Below are positions 59,708 through 64,000 of a DNA stretch of 64,000 bases, piece by piece. Under the pieces are notes generated by a model. The model was not told the origin of the DNA and did not search any database. It saw only the letters and a program-made list of their open reading frames with translations. Location: contig MHLM01000012.1 in assembly GCA_001821395.1 (NCBI GenBank), positions 64,001-128,000 on the forward strand, given 5' to 3'. Each line of letters opens with the position of its first letter. The first letter of the stretch is position 1. The position numbers and the translations under genes were made by a program. Source of the stretch: Candidatus Lloydbacteria bacterium RIFCSPHIGHO2_02_FULL_50_18 (lineage in GTDB: Bacteria; Patescibacteriota; Minisyncoccia; Phycocordibacterales; UBA6899).

Positions 59708-60139
59708 ATGCAACTCAATCAACTAAAACGCGTTCACAGGAACAAGGATGACAAGCGTGTCGCACGCGGTGGAAAACGCGGAAAGACTGCGGGCCGCGGA
59801 ACGAAGGGTCAGAAGGCTCGCGCCGGACATCGTATGCGTCCTGAAATGCGTGACATCATCAAGAAGTTCCCGAAGAATCGCGGATACAAGAATCAGTCTT
59901 TCGAGGTGAAACCACAGCCGGTCAATCTTCTCGTCATCGAGACCTCGTTTGCCGCAGGCGAAGCAGTCAATCCGGAGACACTGCTCGCAAAGAAGCTTAT
60001 CAACAGGGTGGGCGGAAGGATGCCAAAGGTCAAGATCCTCGCAATGGGCAAGCTCACAAAGAAAGTGATCGTTACCGGTTGTGCGTTCTCGAAGACCGCA
60101 CAGGAGCACATTGAGGCAGCGGGAGGGACAATTCAATAA
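59708..60139 (+). CDS. rplO: 50S ribosomal protein L15 (no L30 gene between rpsE and rplO)
   Basis: RGGKRGKTAGRGTKGQKARAGH. Confidence 0.9.
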   Translation: MQLNQLKRVHRNKDDKRVARGGKRGKTAGRGTKGQKARAGHRMRPEMRDIIKKFPKNRGYKNQSFEVKPQPVNLLVIETSFAAGEAVNPETLLAKKLINRVGGRMPKVKILAMGKLTKKVIVTGCAFSKTAQEHIEAAGGTIQ

Positions 60140-60142
60140 TCG

Positions 60143-61438
60143 TTGGGCAAGAGCCCCACATTAACCATGAACAATTTTTTCTACAAACTACGCTTGATGA
60201 TCTCTGATCCGTCACTACGAGGGCGACTCCTCTTTGTTGTCGGAGCACTGGCCGTCTTCCGTATCGCCGCTTCGATCCCAATTCCGGGAGTCGATCACGC
60301 TGCACTGCTCCAGTTTTTCCAGAACAATCAGTTCCTGGGACTCTTGAATGTGTTTTCGGGATCGGGACTCTCAACACTCTCCATTGTCATGCTTGGTGTC
60401 GGACCGTATATCACGGGTTCCATCATCATGCAGCTCCTTACGATGATGTCGCCAAAACTGAAGGCGATGTATCACGAGGAAGGGGAGATCGGTCGCAAGA
60501 AATTCACTCAGTATTCACGCTTACTTACGGTGCCACTCGCAATGCTTCAGGGGTATGGATTGCTTGTATTGCTGGCGCGCCAGGGGGTGCTCGGAGATCT
60601 GAATCCATTCCAGTTGTTCGTAAACGTACTCATTGTTACGGCAGGTTCCCTTTTCCTGATGTGGATCGGTGAGCTAATCTCTGAGTTCGGTATCGGCAAT
60701 GGCGTCTCGATCCTCATCTTCGCAGGTATCGTCTCGCGTATTCCTACGGTTGCCTCTCAGACCTTGGTCTCCTACAACCCTCAGGATATACCGCTCTATC
60801 TTGCCTTCACCATCGCGGCAGTGGTTATCATCGCCGGGGTCATCGTCATGACCGAAGCGGAGCGACCGGTGCCGATCACGTATGCGAAGCGCGTGCGTGG
60901 CGGAAAGATGTACGGAGGAGTCTCTACTTACTTGCCGCTTCGTGTGAACCAGGCAGGTGTGATCCCGATCATTTTTGCTCTTTCGATCTTGCTTTTTCCT
61001 CAGCTTATCGGAGGATTTCTCTCTGGGCTCGCTAATCCGACGGCGCAGATGATCGGTGAATTCATGAAGACGAACTTTTCGCAGGGATGGATCTATTCGA
61101 TCTGCTACTTTGCGCTTGTCTTCCTCTTCACGTTCTTCTATACCGCAGTGACGTTCGATCCGGAAGCGGTTGCAACCAACCTTCAAAAGTCGGGTGCGTT
61201 CATTCCGGGAGTTCGACCGGGTGCAGCGACGGCAGAGCATATTGCGAAGATCCTCACTCGTACGACATTTGCAGGAGCATTATTCCTCGCAGGGGTCGCA
61301 GTATTGCCGCTTATCATGCAGTCGTTCACGGGAAACCAATCGCTTGCGATCGGTGGTACCGCACTCTTGATCGTTGTGTCGGTTGTGCTTGATCTTATCA
61401 AGAAAATGGACGCACAACTCTCGATGCGCGAGTATTAA
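60143..61438 (+). CDS. secY: preprotein translocase SecY (alternative start at 60167)
   Basis: LRGRLLFVVGALAVFRIAASIPIPGVD N-terminus, 10 TM. Confidence 0.9.
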   Translation: MGKSPTLTMNNFFYKLRLMISDPSLRGRLLFVVGALAVFRIAASIPIPGVDHAALLQFFQNNQFLGLLNVFSGSGLSTLSIVMLGVGPYITGSIIMQLLTMMSPKLKAMYHEEGEIGRKKFTQYSRLLTVPLAMLQGYGLLVLLARQGVLGDLNPFQLFVNVLIVTAGSLFLMWIGELISEFGIGNGVSILIFAGIVSRIPTVASQTLVSYNPQDIPLYLAFTIAAVVIIAGVIVMTEAERPVPITYAKRVRGGKMYGGVSTYLPLRVNQAGVIPIIFALSILLFPQLIGGFLSGLANPTAQMIGEFMKTNFSQGWIYSICYFALVFLFTFFYTAVTFDPEAVATNLQKSGAFIPGVRPGAATAEHIAKILTRTTFAGALFLAGVAVLPLIMQSFTGNQSLAIGGTALLIVVSVVLDLIKKMDAQLSMREY

Positions 61439-61638
61439 AAAACGAGCAATTTGGGCGCACTACAGGTTTGTCATCGGGTATGACCCCACGTCAACGTACG
61501 AGAGTACGTCTCGTGAGGATCATCCCTCGACGCACCCGTATTGCATCCCAAATTGTTCGTTTTTGTTTTGTCTTAAAATCATGAACATTTGGTTGTCGCG
61601 AATATCGTTGTAGCCGGCAAGTAGATCAAAACACAAAA

Positions 61639-61665
61639 GACCCGAAAGGGTTTTTTGTTTTATCG
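61639..61665 (+). terminator. rho-independent terminator between secY and adk
   Basis: aaaagacccgaaagggttttttgtttt. Confidence 0.65.
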
Positions 61666-61685
61666 TTTTTTGATACACTCTCTTT

Positions 61686-62291
61686 ATGAATAAAGAAACA
61701 TTTATCTTCATTGGGGCATCGGGATCAGGAAAAGGAACGCAGGTTGCCTTGCTCAAAGAAGAACTGCTCAAAAAAGATCCGACTACTCCGATCTTCTATC
61801 TTCAGACCGGACAGTACTTTCGTGAATTCATCAAAGATGATACTCTCGCGTCGCGTATCGCAAAAGATGCGATCAACAATGGCGAGCGTGCACCGGACTT
61901 TTTGGCGATGTATATCTGGTCAAAGGTGTTCGTCGAAAATCTCAAAGGAGAGGAGCATCTCATTATTGATGGTTCCCCGCGGTCGTTGAATGAAGCGCGA
62001 AATCTCGATATCGCGCTCAAGTTCTTTAAACGCGAACATCCCGCCGTCATTTATATCAATGTATCACGGAAGTGGTCGTTCGATCATTTGATGGCACGCG
62101 CAACGAAGGAGGGTCGCATTGACGATAACGCGGAGAGTATCAATAAGCGCATTGCATGGTTCGATGCAGATGTTCTTCCCGCCATCGAAAAATTCCGTCG
62201 CGATAGAGATTATGATTTTGTGGAGGTGAACGGTGAGCAATCGATCGAGGCTGTCCATCGCGACATCATGGCGAATGTGTTTGGGGTGTAA
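61686..62291 (+). CDS. adk: adenylate kinase (short-lid type)
   Basis: GASGSGKGTQV P-loop; 201 aa. Confidence 0.9.
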   Translation: MNKETFIFIGASGSGKGTQVALLKEELLKKDPTTPIFYLQTGQYFREFIKDDTLASRIAKDAINNGERAPDFLAMYIWSKVFVENLKGEEHLIIDGSPRSLNEARNLDIALKFFKREHPAVIYINVSRKWSFDHLMARATKEGRIDDNAESINKRIAWFDADVLPAIEKFRRDRDYDFVEVNGEQSIEAVHRDIMANVFGV

Positions 62292-62389
62292 CGTTCACTT
62301 TTGAGCACAAAATAGTGTTGATCAAACAGACTCGTGCTCACACCCGATCGCCGCTTTTTTATTCCGGAGAACGATGCTAGTATGCCGAT

Positions 62390-63154
62390 ATGGCCAAATT
62401 TAAGACAAAAGAGGAGATCGTCCTTCTGCGAGAGTCCGGAAAACGCTTGGCGCGGGTACTCCATGCCGTAGCAAAGGAGATCAAGCCGGGGGTGACCACG
62501 CAATATCTCGATGAAGTCGCCGAGCGGCTCATTCGTGAAACGGGCGATACTCCGCCATTTTTGAACTACACTCCGGTCGGTGCACGAAGACCGTACCCCG
62601 CGGCGCTTTGTGTGTCGGTGAATGACGAGATCGTGCACGGCATCCCGAGTGATCGCGTACTGAAGGAGGGCGATATCGTCTCTATCGATCTTGGACTCAC
62701 ACACAAAGGAATGATCACTGATGCGGCGCTTACTGTCCCGGTGGGCAAGGTCTCAAATAAGATATTGGAATTGATCTCAGAAACAGAACGCTCACTCAAG
62801 GAGGGCATTCGCGCTATGCATCCCGGAGGACACATCGGGGATATCGGTGCAGCCGTTGAGCGTGTTGCGCATCAGCATGGGTACGGTATCGTGCGTGAGC
62901 TTGGCGGTCATGGGGTAGGGCATGCGGTGCACGAAGACCCCTATGTTCCCAATTACGGAAAAAAACATTCCGGTCCGATACTCAAGCCCGGTATGGTCTT
63001 GGCGCTTGAGCCGATGTTCATGTTGGGAAGTGAAGATATTCGGCTTATGCCGGACGGGTATACGATCATTACGGAAGACGGCTCTCTCTCTGCGCACTTT
63101 GAACATACGGTTGTCGTCACTGAAACAGGAGTAGAGATACTGACGAAGGAATAG
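62390..63154 (+). CDS. map: methionine aminopeptidase type I
   Basis: Metal-ligand D/D/H/E/E pattern; 254 aa. Confidence 0.9.
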   Translation: MAKFKTKEEIVLLRESGKRLARVLHAVAKEIKPGVTTQYLDEVAERLIRETGDTPPFLNYTPVGARRPYPAALCVSVNDEIVHGIPSDRVLKEGDIVSIDLGLTHKGMITDAALTVPVGKVSNKILELISETERSLKEGIRAMHPGGHIGDIGAAVERVAHQHGYGIVRELGGHGVGHAVHEDPYVPNYGKKHSGPILKPGMVLALEPMFMLGSEDIRLMPDGYTIITEDGSLSAHFEHTVVVTETGVEILTKE

Positions 63155-63162
63155 CGATCACC

Positions 63163-63366
63163 ATGTCGATACAGTCAACAGTTCGATATGAATGTGAGCA
63201 AGAACAGGTGAGTGTTCGCTCTGCTTTTGATGTGTTCGTCGCGGAACTGGATGCTATCGATCAGGAGCATGAACTCTTGCTTCAGGATGCGGTGCAGATA
63301 TTAGAAGAGCGGGCTGTGAACAAACTCCGTGCACAGATAAGTAATCCCTTTCAACATGGAACCTAA
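63163..63366 (+). CDS. hypothetical small protein (occupies the position where infA is usually found)
   Basis: 67-aa ORF, not IF-1-like. Confidence 0.35.
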   Translation: MSIQSTVRYECEQEQVSVRSAFDVFVAELDAIDQEHELLLQDAVQILEERAVNKLRAQISNPFQHGT

Positions 63367-64000
63367 CGAATTTCCATCGGATGAATTGCAGCCCTCCGCC
63401 TACCATCCCGAAGAAACAGCGGAGTCGGCAGACCTTTCTCTACTTGAGGATGCTCTCTACCCTGAGGAAAACACTGAAAATGCTGCAGCAGCAGCGGTTG
63501 TAGGAGAGCATGAGGCTATGGCGCTCCGGCAATCGGAGCGAGATCTATCGCAGGAGATAGTCACGCTCCAAGAAAAATTTGAAACGTTGCTCAAGGAGAG
63601 CGAGGTGGAACTATCGCTTGGTGCGAGCAGTCTTGATGCGTCTGCGCATGCGTTTGGTTTGGATGCTGCTGAAAAAAATGAAGCGCTTGAAACGATAGGG
63701 TGGAGCGCTCGCGAGCAAGATCTCCGAGAGCGTCTGCATCAAAGCACCGAGCGATTAGCTAAAGCACTAAGAGAAGGCGCGGGGGTTGTGTCGACTGCTT
63801 TTGTGCTCGGTATTTCAACTCCTGCGTATGCTGAAACGCCCACCGCGCCACTCGAGTCGCTCACCCGAGCGAGTGTTGCTACAGAGACGGGGGAACGGAG
63901 CCCGCTTCCGTCGTACGAGGAGGTGAAAGAACAATTCCGCGCATCAGCACTCATCGCCCTGACAGAAGAGCGAGCGGTCTTTGTGCGGACAAAGGACGGC
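63356..64000 (+). CDS. acidic hypothetical protein, 3'-partial (runs off window)
   Basis: ATG at ~63356, no stop through 64000 (>=215 codons); Glu/Ala-rich. Confidence 0.4.
   Translation, partial: MEPNEFPSDELQPSAYHPEETAESADLSLLEDALYPEENTENAAAAAVVGEHEAMALRQSERDLSQEIVTLQEKFETLLKESEVELSLGASSLDASAHAFGLDAAEKNEALETIGWSAREQDLRERLHQSTERLAKALREGAGVVSTAFVLGISTPAYAETPTAPLESLTRASVATETGERSPLPSYEEVKEQFRASALIALTEERAVFVRTKDG

Overview
This 64-kb window carries a fragmented S10/spc-type ribosomal-protein superoperon: rpsL-rpsG | fusA | tuf-rpsJ-rplC-rplD-rplW-rplB | rpsS-rplV-rpsC-rplP-rpmC-rpsQ-rplN-rplX-rplE | rpsZ-rpsH-rplF-rplR-rpsE-rplO-secY-adk-map. Four accessory islands of roughly 1.7, 5.7, 8.4 and 8 kb break it up, and mosaic repeat elements sit at the junctions. 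The 5' half holds a type IV minor-pilin cluster, tpiA-pgk, recJ-rnhA, a split ComEC (membrane channel and metallo-beta-lactamase domain on separate genes about 7 kb apart), a MotA/ExbB-ExbD-like module, proteases (S1, SppA, M50), prs, rpmB and housekeeping genes. No rRNA, tRNA or CRISPR array was found. By inference, the absence of L30 between rpsE and rplO, lysine-rich tails on several r-proteins, many SD-less starts, a T4P + ComEC uptake set and the broken r-protein operon suggest a small-genome Patescibacteria/CPR-like organism. The accessory content most worth a second look: (i) an island with an M50 membrane protease, a 915-aa secreted triple beta-helix protein ending in a metzincin HEXXHXXGXXH domain, a membrane-anchored partner gene and duplicated 3'-end/terminator modules; (ii) an island with a Fic gene broken at two 7-nt homopolymers, a BI-1 gene broken by a 7-bp tandem duplication, two tandem 21-aa lysine-rich peptide genes and a 118-bp near-palindrome; (iii) a fusA-tuf island with two coiled-coil proteins, a dNK-like kinase plus two paralogous HAD deoxyribonucleotidase-like genes, and a highly structured 450-bp intergenic region; (iv) two families of short repeats at the r-operon break points, one showing a compensatory base change. 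Coordinates read off the sequence by hand may be off by 1-2 nt; those anchored to the ORF track are exact.
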